From an uncultured delta proteobacterium (GTDB lineage: Bacteria > Desulfobacterota > Desulfobacteria > Desulfobacterales > SG8-13), in contig CAWKCK010000005.1 of the NCBI GenBank assembly GCA_963848135.1, positions 248,001-312,000 on the forward strand: DNA of 64,000 nt. The letters are read 5' to 3'. Under the pieces are notes generated by a model. It had not been told where the DNA came from. It saw only the letters and a program-made list of their open reading frames with translations, and did not search any database. Shown one piece after another: positions 1 to 13,979 of the stretch (the stretch's first letter is position 1; every line of letters begins with the position of its first letter). The position numbers and the translations under genes were made by a program.

Positions 1-1
1 G

Positions 2-133
2 TTCTTCTCCAAAAACGGCAACGGTACGCAAGAAGAGAAAACAGTTGCGAATATCCTTGAAAACCTCGCGCCCTTCGGAGCAGACAAGGTGCAGCGGTTC
101 AAAAATTGGGTATCCCTGTTTGAGGGCCGCTGA
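2..133 (+). CDS. 3' end of a gene truncated by the window edge (hypothetical)
   Basis: Open frame FFSKNGNG...WVSLFEGR ends in TGA at 131-133. Confidence 0.55.
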   Translation, partial: FFSKNGNGTQEEKTVANILENLAPFGADKVQRFKNWVSLFEGR

Positions 134-188
134 CGCGCCGATATCACCGAATTGATCGGATAACTCAATCAAAAATAGGAGACAAAGA

Positions 189-809
189 ATGAACGTTACT
201 GCCGTGCGACAAACAATTTTTGCGACTCTGCTCGCTTTTCTGACCCTTTCCTGCGGAGGCACGTATATTACAGAATCCTCGATCGATCGGAACCGTATTG
301 GTAAACCCGTGTCAGACATTCTGGTCATCGTGGTGGCGGACAAACCAGAAAACCGAGCAGCTTTCGAACGCAAATTTGTCGCACAGCTTAAAGCGGCAGG
401 CGTCGAAGCGGTATCAAGTACGGAAGCCATTTCCATGCCGCCAAATTTGAAGCTTGAAAAAGACGTCATATTGGAAGCGGTCGCAAAGTATGAAAGCGAT
501 GCCGTCATCGTCACTTTCCTGTCCGGTATAGAGGAAAAAGACACCAATGTTAACACCGGTCGCGTATACCAGGGATATTACGATTATTACGGTTACGCCT
601 ACGGTCGTGTCTACGACACGGGTTTCTACCGAGGCGTAACTACCGTTAAATTGCGAACCAATCTCTATGATGTGAAAACCGAAAAATTGATCTGGTCAGG
701 GGAATCGAAATCCACGGATGTCGGTTCAGTTGGGCAACTCACCGACGAGGTGATACCGCTGATTGTCGCTGAACTGCAGAAGAACAAACTGATCGCACCG
801 AAAAAATAG
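189..809 (+). CDS. Lipoprotein, DUF4136-like
   Basis: Lipobox LSC after a hydrophobic stretch, Tyr/Gly-rich segment, C-terminal LYDVKTEKLIWSG; RBS AGGAG. Confidence 0.7.
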   Translation: MNVTAVRQTIFATLLAFLTLSCGGTYITESSIDRNRIGKPVSDILVIVVADKPENRAAFERKFVAQLKAAGVEAVSSTEAISMPPNLKLEKDVILEAVAKYESDAVIVTFLSGIEEKDTNVNTGRVYQGYYDYYGYAYGRVYDTGFYRGVTTVKLRTNLYDVKTEKLIWSGESKSTDVGSVGQLTDEVIPLIVAELQKNKLIAPKK

Positions 810-826
810 TCCTGAATTGATATAAG

Positions 827-1420
827 ATGAGACTCCTCGACGATTGTAAACAAGGGAAAATTCAGAGCCGCAACATCGACATTGCGTCCTACGAATGCGG
901 CGACGAACATATTGTCGTCTGTGGCGAACTGCATGACCGACGGCTGGTTCCCACCGTCACCCTCGAAGGCAAACCGCGACCCGCCGCTTCGGTGCACCAT
1001 ATGCGCATCTGCATGAAAGTGTCGATCCAATCGCTTACTATCGAGGATATCGAAGCCGAACTGCCTGAAATCCCCCACAAAGAATGTGCAGAGATGTATC
1101 GCACCTTGGAAGGGATCAAGGGCTTGACCCTTTCCCCGGGATTTACACGCAAGGTTAAGACGCAGTTGGGCGGGCGCAAAGGGTGTATCCACCTAACGAC
1201 TCTGCTGCTGGCAATGGCGCCGGCAGCACTGCAGGGCTTCTGGGTACACAACGATCGCAAACCGGAGCGCCGCCGCGTGTCAAAGGAGCTCATAGAACGG
1301 TATCTGATCGATACCTGCAGAGTCTGGCGCCAAGATGGGCCGCTGGTCAAAAAGATCGCGGCAGCTGCCGGCATCAGTCTCGATGACCACGATGGGGGCC
1401 ACCGGAAAAACAACGAATAA
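827..1420 (+). CDS. DUF2889 domain protein
   Basis: VHHM, ECxE, GFT, GCIHL and DTC motifs typical of DUF2889. Confidence 0.8.
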   Translation: MRLLDDCKQGKIQSRNIDIASYECGDEHIVVCGELHDRRLVPTVTLEGKPRPAASVHHMRICMKVSIQSLTIEDIEAELPEIPHKECAEMYRTLEGIKGLTLSPGFTRKVKTQLGGRKGCIHLTTLLLAMAPAALQGFWVHNDRKPERRRVSKELIERYLIDTCRVWRQDGPLVKKIAAAAGISLDDHDGGHRKNNE

Positions 1421-1474
1421 CCCTCTCCTGCCGGTGACCATTTCCCTCACTGGTCCAATCTCCGCCGATTCTTT

Positions 1475-4681
<3,207 letters not shown>

Positions 4682-4858
4682 CTGCCCTCCTCTCGCTGGA
4701 GTTGAAATAGGCTGGCGGCTTCTGGGTTTTGGATGCTGTCCGACTGAAAGGTCGGCTTTTTCTAAGATCCTTCCTTTACAAACTCGATTCACCTGTACTA
4801 AAGAAAAATTTCTATTTTAAGTAAGAATTAAAATCAAGACATCATTGAGGAGCGCATC

Positions 4859-6262
4859 ATGGGTGGGTTGTTCGGCGTGGCGTCATCATCGGATTGTGTG
4901 ACCGATCTCTTTTACGGAACCGATTATCATTTCCATCTGGGGACTCGCCGCGGCGGCATGGCAGTCAAGAACTCGCATGGAATCAGACGGTCGATTCACA
5001 GCATCGAAAACAACTACTTTCGCGCCAAGTTCGAGGCTGACCTGAACAAGTTCGATGGCAACCAGGGAATCGGTGTCATCAGTGACTACGACGCCCAACC
5101 GCTGGTGATCGGTTCGCATCTGGGCACATTCGCCATAGTCACCGTGGGACGGATCAACAACATGGCCGAGTTGGAAACCCACGCCTTCAGCCGCCGCCGC
5201 TATTTCACCGAAACCTCCGGCGGCGTGACCAATCCTACCGAAATGGTGGCCATGCTGATCTGCGAAAAAGAGTCCTTCGAAGCCGGCATCCGCTATGCCC
5301 AGGAGGTTATCAAGGGCTCCTGCACGATGCTGCTGCTCACCGAAAAAGGCCTCTATGTCGCCCGGGACCGGCTGGGACGCACCCCGCTTGTTATCGGGAG
5401 GAAAGCCGGTGCTTTCGCAGCTGCCTCCGAATCCTGCGCCTTTCCCAACCTGGGCTACGAAATCGAGCGGTTTTTAGGACCGGGTGAGGCTGTATTTCTG
5501 ACCCCGGAGGGATATGAACAGGTCCTTCCTCCCGGTGACCGGATGCAAATCTGCGCTTTTCTCTGGGTGTACTACGGTTATCCGGCTTCAGAATACGAAG
5601 AAATCAATGTCGAGTATGTCCGCAACCGCTGCGGGGCGGCCTTGGCACGGCGGGATCAGACAGCCATAGACTGCGTTGCCGGCATTCCCGACTCGGGTAT
5701 CGGCCATGCCATCGGCTACGCCAGCGAAAGAAAGATCCCCTACGTGAGGCCGTTCGTCAAATACACACCCACCTGGCCACGCAGCTTCATGCCCCAGAAT
5801 CAGGCTCTGAGGGATCTTGTGGCTAAAATGAAACTGATCCCGATCCGGCGGCTGATCGAGAACAAACGAATCCTTTTCTGTGAAGACTCCATCGTTCGGG
5901 GTACCCAACTCAAAGACAACATCCAATCCCTCTTCGACTGTGGCGCCCAGGAAGTCCACATGCGGCCGGCGTGTCCGACGCTGATCTTCTCCTGCGATTT
6001 CCTCAACTTCTCGACTTCCCGATCCACCCTCGATTTGGCCGGACGGAAGGTCATCCACGAGCTCGAGGGCGGGAAGGAAGACAATCTCAACGCGTATGCC
6101 GTACCCGAATCTGAAAAGAACCTGGCCATGGTCGAAGGTATTCGTCAGCGCCTGCGGCTGACCACGCTCAAATACCAGCGCCTGGATGATCTCATAGCGG
6201 CCATCGGACTGCCCCGCGAAAAGCTATGCACCCACTGTTGGGACCGATCGAGCCATTTTTAA
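4859..6262 (+). CDS. purF: Amidophosphoribosyltransferase-like protein lacking the N-terminal catalytic Cys
   Basis: PRPP loop EDSIVRGT, IPDSG, Fe-S Cys motifs (ICAF, CPTLIFSC, CTHCW); N-terminus MGGLFG. Confidence 0.88.
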   Translation: MGGLFGVASSSDCVTDLFYGTDYHFHLGTRRGGMAVKNSHGIRRSIHSIENNYFRAKFEADLNKFDGNQGIGVISDYDAQPLVIGSHLGTFAIVTVGRINNMAELETHAFSRRRYFTETSGGVTNPTEMVAMLICEKESFEAGIRYAQEVIKGSCTMLLLTEKGLYVARDRLGRTPLVIGRKAGAFAAASESCAFPNLGYEIERFLGPGEAVFLTPEGYEQVLPPGDRMQICAFLWVYYGYPASEYEEINVEYVRNRCGAALARRDQTAIDCVAGIPDSGIGHAIGYASERKIPYVRPFVKYTPTWPRSFMPQNQALRDLVAKMKLIPIRRLIENKRILFCEDSIVRGTQLKDNIQSLFDCGAQEVHMRPACPTLIFSCDFLNFSTSRSTLDLAGRKVIHELEGGKEDNLNAYAVPESEKNLAMVEGIRQRLRLTTLKYQRLDDLIAAIGLPREKLCTHCWDRSSHF

Positions 6263-6376
6263 TTCATTCCTTTCAGCTGCAAGCCGGCAAGGCAATGCGC
6301 AGTGGTAAGCGATGCGAAATTCATATGGGACACCGTCGACATCGGAAACTTGGTCGCCGCTGTTTTATGCCGTTTT

Positions 6377-7384
6377 TTAAAAATCATTTTCCAGCACGAT
6401 ACGATGGCTGGGTTTGCCGGCGCGCAGCTTTTCCAAGGCGTCATTGACCTTGGACATCGGAAAGGCTTCGGTCACCGGTTCGATGCCGTGCCGCGCGGCA
6501 AATTCGAGCATCGAAACCATGGTGGCGGGACTGCCCAGGGGTGATGCGCCGATCGATCTCTGTCCGATAATCATCGGGAAAACGGTTGCTTCGACGGAGG
6601 GGGCTGCCCCGACAATATGCAATTTTCCTTTGGGACGCAATGTGGAGATGTAAGCGTCCCAATCCAGTGCCACGTTGACCGTTACCAGAACCATGTCGAA
6701 ATAGCCGGCAAGCTTTTCGAGCGCTTTTGAATCGCTGGTGCTCACGAAATTGTGGGCACCGAGATTGTGCGCTGCGGTTTCCTTGTCGGGACTCGTCGAG
6801 AAAGCCGTCACTTCACATCCCCAGGCCTTCAGAAACCTCAGGGCCATGTGCCCCAACCCGCCGATACCGACCACACCCACCCGGTCGGTGGGCTGGATAT
6901 TGTTTTGGACGATCGGATTGAAAACGGTTATTCCCCCGCAAAAAAGGGGCCCGGCGGTATTGACATTCGTTCCGTTGGGAAGGGGAATCACCCACCCCTT
7001 GTGGGCCCGGACCCTGTCGGCAAAGCCACCGTGTCGGCCCACAATGGTTCCTATGGCATCGGGGCAGAGATTGTGATTGCCGGACAGACACTGTTGGCAG
7101 GTCATGCACGATTGTGCGAACCACCCCAGCCCGACGCGTTGGCCGGGTGTCAAGTGGGTCACCCCTTCACCGACTGCCCGGATCGTTCCGGCGATTTCAT
7201 GTCCGGGTACGAACGGATACTCGGTTATCTCCCAATGGTTGTCGAGCATGCTCAGGTCGCTGTGGCAGATGCCGCAGCTCGATACATCGATGTCGACCTG
7301 GTCGTAACCGATTTCATTTAGTTCATATTCGAAAGGCGCTACGGGCTCTCCGGGTGCCTTCGTGGCGTATGCTTTTACGATCAT
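6377..7384 (-). CDS. Zn-dependent NADPH aldehyde reductase/alcohol dehydrogenase (Ahr/YjgB-like)
   Basis: CGICHSD, GHE, CxxCxxCx7C, GIGGLG. Confidence 0.92.
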   Translation of the reverse strand: MIVKAYATKAPGEPVAPFEYELNEIGYDQVDIDVSSCGICHSDLSMLDNHWEITEYPFVPGHEIAGTIRAVGEGVTHLTPGQRVGLGWFAQSCMTCQQCLSGNHNLCPDAIGTIVGRHGGFADRVRAHKGWVIPLPNGTNVNTAGPLFCGGITVFNPIVQNNIQPTDRVGVVGIGGLGHMALRFLKAWGCEVTAFSTSPDKETAAHNLGAHNFVSTSDSKALEKLAGYFDMVLVTVNVALDWDAYISTLRPKGKLHIVGAAPSVEATVFPMIIGQRSIGASPLGSPATMVSMLEFAARHGIEPVTEAFPMSKVNDALEKLRAGKPSHRIVLENDF

Positions 7385-7572
7385 AGCGGTTCTCCTGTAT
7401 AAGTGGTTTAAAAACGAAATGTATTTTTTTACCTGTGTATGACAACCTAATGCTCCTCGATACGGATGCAAGTTTTGCGGGAGAACCGGCCTTTACGCCA
7501 TCAATCGGCCAGAGCATTGGACCTGTAAAGATCTCAAAAAGTCAAACCACCCATCGAAAGTGACCTCCGTCG

Positions 7573-8379
7573 ATGAAAAAGAGCTACGTTCATGGTTACG
7601 CGGCAAGAGAAAACATTCGCTTGCAAGATCAGGCGTTAACGCTTGTCGAACTACTGCACAACGATACCTTCTATCCGGCGGGCAACCGCGTCCTTGAAGC
7701 CGGCTGCGGCGTGGGCGCGCAGACAGTTACCCTGGCCGGAAAGAGTCCGGATGCAAAGATCACCGCGGTCGATATTTCGGCCGCTTCCGTCTCTGAGGCC
7801 AAAGGCAGGGTGGAAGCGGCCGGATTTTCAAATGTTCGCTTTCATCAGGGAGATATTTTCAAGTTGCCGTTTCGGCCGGAATCATTCGATCACATCTTCG
7901 TGTGTTTTGTCCTCGAACATCTACCACAGCCAATCGAGGCTTTATTGGCACTGAAGAAGCTGCTCAAAGCCAGCGGCACCATCACCGTTATCGAAGGCGA
8001 TCACGGTTCGACCTATTTTTATCCGGATAGCCCTGCCGCCCATCAAGCAATACGATGCCAGGTCGAGCTGCAAAAACAGAGCGGCGGCAATGCCAATATC
8101 GGCAGAGAGCTTTATCCGCTCTTAGACAAAGCCGGATTCGTTTCGATAAACGTGTCTCCACGGATGGTCTATGTCGATTCCAGTAAACCGGATATGGTTG
8201 AAGGCTTTACAAAGAATACGTTTACGGCCATGATCGAAGGCGTTCGGAAGACGGCGATTGCGGCGGGCATGATCGAACCGGACGTCTTCGATGAAGGTGT
8301 CAAAGGGCTGTCTCGAACCTGTGAATCGGATGGTGTTTTTTGCTACACATTTTTCAAAGCCGTTGCCGGGAAAACTTAA
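7573..8379 (+). CDS. Class I SAM-dependent methyltransferase
   Basis: VLEAGCGVG motif I, FDHIF, VLEHL. Confidence 0.9.
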   Translation: MKKSYVHGYAARENIRLQDQALTLVELLHNDTFYPAGNRVLEAGCGVGAQTVTLAGKSPDAKITAVDISAASVSEAKGRVEAAGFSNVRFHQGDIFKLPFRPESFDHIFVCFVLEHLPQPIEALLALKKLLKASGTITVIEGDHGSTYFYPDSPAAHQAIRCQVELQKQSGGNANIGRELYPLLDKAGFVSINVSPRMVYVDSSKPDMVEGFTKNTFTAMIEGVRKTAIAAGMIEPDVFDEGVKGLSRTCESDGVFCYTFFKAVAGKT

Positions 8380-8392
8380 CCCACTTATTTCG

Positions 8393-9025
8393 ATGCATAC
8401 GACAACTCAATATATCGTGCTCATTTTACTGTGGACCGCCTGGTGCACATTACACAGCGCTCTTATCAGTTCTTCGATTACCCTCGCTTTCCGCAATCGG
8501 TATCCCGAAGGCCTACGTTACCACCGAATCGTTTATAACATCGTTGCAATCGTTACACTTGCACCGGTTCTTCTTTACAGTTTTTCCATCCGCGGTCCGA
8601 TGGTATTTTCCTGGCAGGGTCCGTGGCGGTTCGTCCAGGTTGCCCTAGCAATCTCAGCATTATTCTTTTTGATCGCCGGCAGTCGGCGTTACGATCTTTT
8701 TCAGTTCCTGGGTTTTCGACAATTAAAAGGCGCAGAAGCCTGCAGCGTGTTGACGGATGACTGCTCATTTGACACTTCCGGGATCTTGAGTGTGGTCCGC
8801 CATCCATGGTACACCGGAGGTATCTTCATCATATGGACACGTCCCCTGGATCTGGGCGCTATCCTGACCAACGTTGTTATCACCGGATATTTTATCGTGG
8901 GGGCACACCTCGAGGAGCGGAAATTGGAAAGACAATTCGGGCAAGAGTATATTGATTACCAAAAACGGGTCTCGATGTTTTTACCGTTCAAGTGGATGGC
9001 CAGCCAATTTCAGAAAAACGCCTGA
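8393..9025 (+). CDS. Isoprenylcysteine carboxyl methyltransferase/NnrU-like membrane protein
   Basis: Several TM helices, VRHPWY and EERKL...FG..Y..YQKRV motifs. Confidence 0.8.
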   Translation: MHTTTQYIVLILLWTAWCTLHSALISSSITLAFRNRYPEGLRYHRIVYNIVAIVTLAPVLLYSFSIRGPMVFSWQGPWRFVQVALAISALFFLIAGSRRYDLFQFLGFRQLKGAEACSVLTDDCSFDTSGILSVVRHPWYTGGIFIIWTRPLDLGAILTNVVITGYFIVGAHLEERKLERQFGQEYIDYQKRVSMFLPFKWMASQFQKNA

Positions 9026-9086
9026 AGACATCGAACCCTGACATCAGCAAGCACGGAAAACCCTGATCAAATGAGAGGCCTACAAA

Positions 9087-9956
9087 ATGGATATACCCAC
9101 TATCGACGGTGCATGGATCACGGCTGTTATTGAAAACATTGTTGCGACATCGGACAAAAACACGTTAAATCTGCCGACCGGCGAGAAGGCTTTCGATACG
9201 CCTCTGGTCGGTTATGCCAACGGCTCTGACCCGCTTTTTGAGCAATATGTGGCCCACATCGGCGATTTTTATCTGACACCGCTCGAAATTTTTGAAAAAG
9301 CCTATCCGCAAGAGACCGCCATTGACTCCGAGGAACTGACAGTTATCAGTTGGGTGCTCCCTTCCACGACCCGCACCCGCGAGGAACAGGCCGCGGCAGT
9401 CAAACGGCCGGGTGAACGCTGGATAATGGTTCGCCACTACGGCGAGCTGTTCAACGAATCGTTGCGCCGTTCTCTCGTCGCCCAGCTATCAGAAGTAGGC
9501 GTTCAGGCTGTGGCTCCGATGCTCGAAGATTTCTGGCGCCAATTCGAAATGGGACCGTATGCGCCGTGTTCCAACTGGTCGGAAAGGCATGCCGCCTATG
9601 CCGCGGGACTCGGGACTTTCGGACTCTGCGACGGACTCATCACGCCGGTGGGAAAAGCCATGCGGACAGGTTCGGTAATAGCCCGTATAACGATCCCTCC
9701 GAGCCGACGTCCCTACACCGACCATCACGCCTACTGCCTTTTCTATTCTCACGGCACTTGCGGCAAATGCATCCCGCGATGTCCGGTCAACGCCATCAGT
9801 GAGTCCGGACACGACAAGCAGATATGTAAGCAATTTACCTTGAATAAAATGAAGGCATACGCTCTCGACACATATGGGATTGCTGTTTCCGGTTGCGGAA
9901 TTTGCCAGGCGGGAATTCCATGCACGACACACATCCCGCAACCAGATGAAGGCTAA
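9087..9956 (+). CDS. Epoxyqueuosine reductase-like 4Fe-4S protein
   Basis: WSERHAAYAAGLGTFG, CGKCIPRCP, CGICQAGIPC. Confidence 0.8.
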   Translation: MDIPTIDGAWITAVIENIVATSDKNTLNLPTGEKAFDTPLVGYANGSDPLFEQYVAHIGDFYLTPLEIFEKAYPQETAIDSEELTVISWVLPSTTRTREEQAAAVKRPGERWIMVRHYGELFNESLRRSLVAQLSEVGVQAVAPMLEDFWRQFEMGPYAPCSNWSERHAAYAAGLGTFGLCDGLITPVGKAMRTGSVIARITIPPSRRPYTDHHAYCLFYSHGTCGKCIPRCPVNAISESGHDKQICKQFTLNKMKAYALDTYGIAVSGCGICQAGIPCTTHIPQPDEG

Positions 9957-10013
9957 AAAAACAACCCCCCTCCGGGGATTTCTTAAATATCCCAACGCCA
10001 GGAGTAGACTCCA

Positions 10014-10540
10014 ATGGGCCTAAACGCAGAAAAACGCAAAACCCTCGATGCGATCATACAGGCAAAGGGCTATACCGACTACAAGTGGGCTGATCCAAAA
10101 AACATCGTCGTGTCCCAGTGGGTACGAATGAAATGCAAATTCGGGTGCAGCGAATACGGCCGGGGCGGTGCCTGCCCGCCCGAAACCCCGCCGGTAAACG
10201 AGTGCCGCCAATTTTTCAACGATTACAGCGATGCCGTGATCCTGCATTTTGAAGGCATCATGGACAAACCCGAAGATCGCCATAACTGGTCAAACTGGAA
10301 CGGGAAGTCTTCCTGAACGGTTACGAACGGGCGTTTGTCCTGTTTATGGACTCCTGCTGCTTTTGCAAGGAATGCAGCGGAGACCGGAGGACCTGCAGCG
10401 AACCGCGGATGGCCAGGCCCGCTCCGGAAGCCATGGCGGTCGACGTCTATTCGACCGTCCGTCGATTCGGTTTTAGCATCAACGTGCGCACCGACTACGA
10501 GCAGAAGATGGATCGCTTTGCGTTCCTGATGGTGCACTAG
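10014..10540 (+). pseudogene. DUF2284 metal-binding protein, frameshifted near 10290
   Basis: N-half (RMKCKFGC..YG..GACPP) and C-half (SCCFCKEC...ARPAPEAMAVDVYSTVR) lie in different frames. Confidence 0.75.
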
Positions 10541-10589
10541 TTACATTTTCCTCAATGAGTATTTTTTCGAATTTCTAAAGGTGGGGCAT

Positions 10590-10796
10590 ATGGCGACATT
10601 CAAGATAGAAGGGGATTACATCGAGTTGATAAAATTGCTAAAAGTCACGGGATTGTGCAGCACCGGCGGAATGGCCAAGGTCGTGACGGCCGAAGGACGC
10701 GTAAAAGTCGACAACCAAACGGAACGCCGAAAGAGATGTAAGATAAAAAAGGGCCAAACCGTCGCGTTTGAAGGGAACATCATCGAGGTGACATAA
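10590..10796 (+). CDS. S4 domain RNA-binding protein (YbcJ/YaaA family)
   Basis: YIELIKLLK..GLCSTGGMAK...EGRVKVD...ERRKRCKI. Confidence 0.9.
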   Translation: MATFKIEGDYIELIKLLKVTGLCSTGGMAKVVTAEGRVKVDNQTERRKRCKIKKGQTVAFEGNIIEVT

Positions 10797-10903
10797 CCCG
10801 GATAGGCAATGAAGTTGGTGGAGACAGGGCAGGCTGTGATACGTTTTCCCGGGTTCTGAAATAATATTAACAATCACTGTATCGGCACGGATCCCCCTGG
10901 GAT

Positions 10904-12406
10904 TCAGTCTTCCGAATGTTGATCTCTCAGGACGCGTTTAAGAATTTTTCCCGTCGCACTTTTGGGTAGTTCTTCGACAAATAACATCGATCTGGGGACC
11001 TTGTAGTTGGCCATTTTTTCCCGGCAGAAAGCGACCATCTCTTCTTCTGTGCATGTATCTCCCGCTTTTAGCACGACCGCCGCTTTGACGCTTTCCCCCT
11101 TTTCCGGATCGGGTACACCGAAGACGGCAACCTCCTTTATGGCGGGGTGGCGATAGAGAGACTGCTCCACTTCTGCCGGCCACACCTTGAAACCGGCCAC
11201 ATTGATCATATCCTTGACGCGGTCAACGATGAAAATATACCCTTCGTCGTCCATCGTCCCGGTGTCTCCTGAATGCAGCCACCCCTTCCGCAGGGCCCTG
11301 GCGGTTTCCTCGGGACGATTCCAGTAGCCGCTCATGACGCCCGGCCCCTTGATGCAGATCTCACCCCACTCTCCGAGAGGCACCTCGTTGTCTTCTTCAT
11401 CCAGTATTTTGACTTCGAAATTTTCCACCGGCGTTCCAACACTACCGAACTTATGCCGAAAATCATGATTGTAAGCGGCAAAGGGAGAGCACTCGGTTAG
11501 CCCGTAGCCCTCGTAGACGGATCGCCCGAAACGCTCGGTCCATTGGGCCGAGATTTCCCTTGGCATGGTTGCGGCGGCTGAAAATTCATAGCGCAGCGAT
11601 GACAGGTCATATTTAGACAGGTCCATATTCAGCAGGCTGATGTATATGGTCGGAACGGCAAAAAACAGGGTGACCTTATCCCTGGCAATGGAATCGAGCA
11701 CAATGTCCGGAACGAAACGCCGATACAGTATCAGGGTCGTGCAGGCGTTGAACGCGGCGTTCATGATAAAATTTTGTCCGAAGACGTGAAACAGTGGGAG
11801 AAAAAGAGGCAGGCGGTCGTCGCGTCTGTAGCCGGCGTGGTGGGTAGTGGCCCAGACATTGGATACCACATTGCCGTGGGTCAGGGTCGCGCCTTTAGGG
11901 AATCCAGTGGTCCCGGAAGTATACAGGAGCACCGCCGGGTCCTCCGGGTTCATCTCTGCGCACCGACCGTCGGTTGAACCCGCCTGGGCCCAATCTTCCA
12001 AGGTTGGATTTCCCTGGGAATCTCCCTCGCACACTAAGACATTCGCTACCGTGGGGCAGTCGTCCGGTCGGACATTGGGCAGCAATTCACTCACCGTGCA
12101 GAGCAGAGCCGACCCCGAGTCGTTCAGAAGGTATTTCAGTTCGTCCGCCTTGAGCATAGGGTTGACCGATACAGCGATCGCCCCAATCTTTACCGCAGCC
12201 AGATAACAGATAACAAAGGCCGGTATGTTGGGAAGATACAGTGCCACCCGGTCACTTTTCTTGATGCCATGTGCCGCAAAAGCGTTTGCCAGTCGGTTGG
12301 CCGTCTGATTGAGTTCCCTGTAAGAGATCTGCTCGCCCTCGAAAAGGATCGCGTTTTTTTCCGGGAAAAATATGGCCGCCCGTTCGACATTCTGCGCAAT
12401 GTTCAT
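10904..12406 (-). CDS. Long-chain fatty acid/acyl-CoA ligase
   Basis: YTSGTTGFPKG, EGYGLTE, GWLHSGD, DRVKDMI, PKSATGKILK. Confidence 0.93.
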   Translation of the reverse strand: MNIAQNVERAAIFFPEKNAILFEGEQISYRELNQTANRLANAFAAHGIKKSDRVALYLPNIPAFVICYLAAVKIGAIAVSVNPMLKADELKYLLNDSGSALLCTVSELLPNVRPDDCPTVANVLVCEGDSQGNPTLEDWAQAGSTDGRCAEMNPEDPAVLLYTSGTTGFPKGATLTHGNVVSNVWATTHHAGYRRDDRLPLFLPLFHVFGQNFIMNAAFNACTTLILYRRFVPDIVLDSIARDKVTLFFAVPTIYISLLNMDLSKYDLSSLRYEFSAAATMPREISAQWTERFGRSVYEGYGLTECSPFAAYNHDFRHKFGSVGTPVENFEVKILDEEDNEVPLGEWGEICIKGPGVMSGYWNRPEETARALRKGWLHSGDTGTMDDEGYIFIVDRVKDMINVAGFKVWPAEVEQSLYRHPAIKEVAVFGVPDPEKGESVKAAVVLKAGDTCTEEEMVAFCREKMANYKVPRSMLFVEELPKSATGKILKRVLRDQHSED

Positions 12407-12856
12407 GGAACGCCTCCCTTCACTAACCTGAGAATCTAACCAAGGTGAAATTGATCGCTACCGTATGATAATCGGCACGATGTCGCAAGGATCATGCATT
12501 TTTGGACACAGTCACATTTTGTTAACACAAAATCTCATTCTTCGTAAACGAGATAAACAGGTAAATTCGATGACCTCCGACAAAGCCGGAAGAATGGCAT
12601 GTGAACCGCTCAAAGCGGTCATTGACCACCATTCACTCGGGCAACAGGTCAGTAATTGAATCATAATAATCATCGTCGCGGGTAATCTTTAACTCCTGGA
12701 TCTGTCAAACTTTGGGGGTCTCACCAGAAAAGCTGGGGATTTAACAATGATTATTATTGACATCGAACCGAATCATTAAAATTCTATAAAGATTACGGCA
12801 TAAATCGACATTCACTCGAAAAGGTACGGTTCGAAACACCGAAATCTTCTGAATAC

Positions 12857-13342
12857 TTAGATACTCTTTAAGCGCTGGCCGGTTTCTATAAAATAATTCA
12901 TCGATTTTTCCCAAAATTTCATGGCCTCGACAAACGCCTCCTCGGTAAAGCCGTCGATGAAATCGTTGCCCGCGGAGGTTATACCGGTATACACATAGCA
13001 AATATGGACGAAGGAACTGTTGTCATCCCTGGGTTTGACGGAAATCTTCAACAGGCATGTTCGGGAACCGGGAGTAAAACGGACAAAATCGACTGAAAGG
13101 GTTTCTGTGTCGTGACGCGTGACGACCCACACCGTATCCTCTTCTCCCTCGTGCGCGGTGCGAAATACGGCCCCCTCTTCGACAAAACCCGACCCGGAAT
13201 AAATCATGCTGAACCGCCAACCGTCGAGCCAATCGGCTTCCCGCACCGGACAAAGCAGCGGAAACACTTTTTCCGGGCGGGCATGGATCGTCTGGCGGTA
13301 TTCTCTGATTAGTCTTCGGGGCTCAAAACGCCTGGATTTCAT
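12857..13342 (-). CDS. Hypothetical protein, SRPBCC-like
   Basis: PEKVFPLLCPVREADWLDGW pattern; GGAG RBS before ATG at 13342. Confidence 0.65.
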   Translation of the reverse strand: MKSRRFEPRRLIREYRQTIHARPEKVFPLLCPVREADWLDGWRFSMIYSGSGFVEEGAVFRTAHEGEEDTVWVVTRHDTETLSVDFVRFTPGSRTCLLKISVKPRDDNSSFVHICYVYTGITSAGNDFIDGFTEEAFVEAMKFWEKSMNYFIETGQRLKSI

Positions 13343-13554
13343 ATTGGTTCTCCTACACTCCGGACCGGTTCGGACATGATCATGCCGACCCCACAACATG
13401 GATGATATGACTATCGACTTTAATAATTATACCCTAATTCATATCGATACAATTCAAAACTTGATTTTGCCGGATTTCAAGCAGATGATGATGCTTCCAT
13501 TGCTGAAGCAAATAATTCCTTTCCATATTCTGATGCATATCAAAGGAGCGCAGA

Positions 13555-13929
13555 ATGAGTTTCATCGATTACCTTCGAATTTATGCTGATTCTGATGGCC
13601 GTAGTCATTTCGAAAATTTAGACATTGAACTCAAACAGAATGATTACGCGCCACCCGCAACCCCGCTAAACGCGTCTTCTCTCGAGTCCGCTGAGGCATC
13701 AATATTCCTCGAACTACCGGTGGGCTGGTATGGAGACTGGCACCCGACACCCGTACGTCAGTGGTTAATATTAATGACAGGAGAATGTGAATTCGAGGTG
13801 AGTGATGGTGAGCGTTGCCGGCGCACGGCAGGAGATGTCGTCATGCTGGATGACACCATCGGGAAAGGCCATCGCACACGCGTAATCGGAGATACACCGA
13901 TGCGGATAACGGCCATACATTTCGTTTAA
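13555..13929 (+). CDS. Cupin domain protein
   Basis: DGRSHF, WHPTPVRQW, DDTIGKGH; AAGGAG RBS. Confidence 0.85.
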   Translation: MSFIDYLRIYADSDGRSHFENLDIELKQNDYAPPATPLNASSLESAEASIFLELPVGWYGDWHPTPVRQWLILMTGECEFEVSDGERCRRTAGDVVMLDDTIGKGHRTRVIGDTPMRITAIHFV

Positions 13930-13979
13930 GGTGATTATTGTTGGCAGTGTGAATTTTACATTTTCATTCATAAATAAGG

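Noticed and set aside
9087..9956. Reductive dehalogenase call for the QueG-like protein
   Set aside because: Too short, no Tat signal and no rdhB anchor gene.
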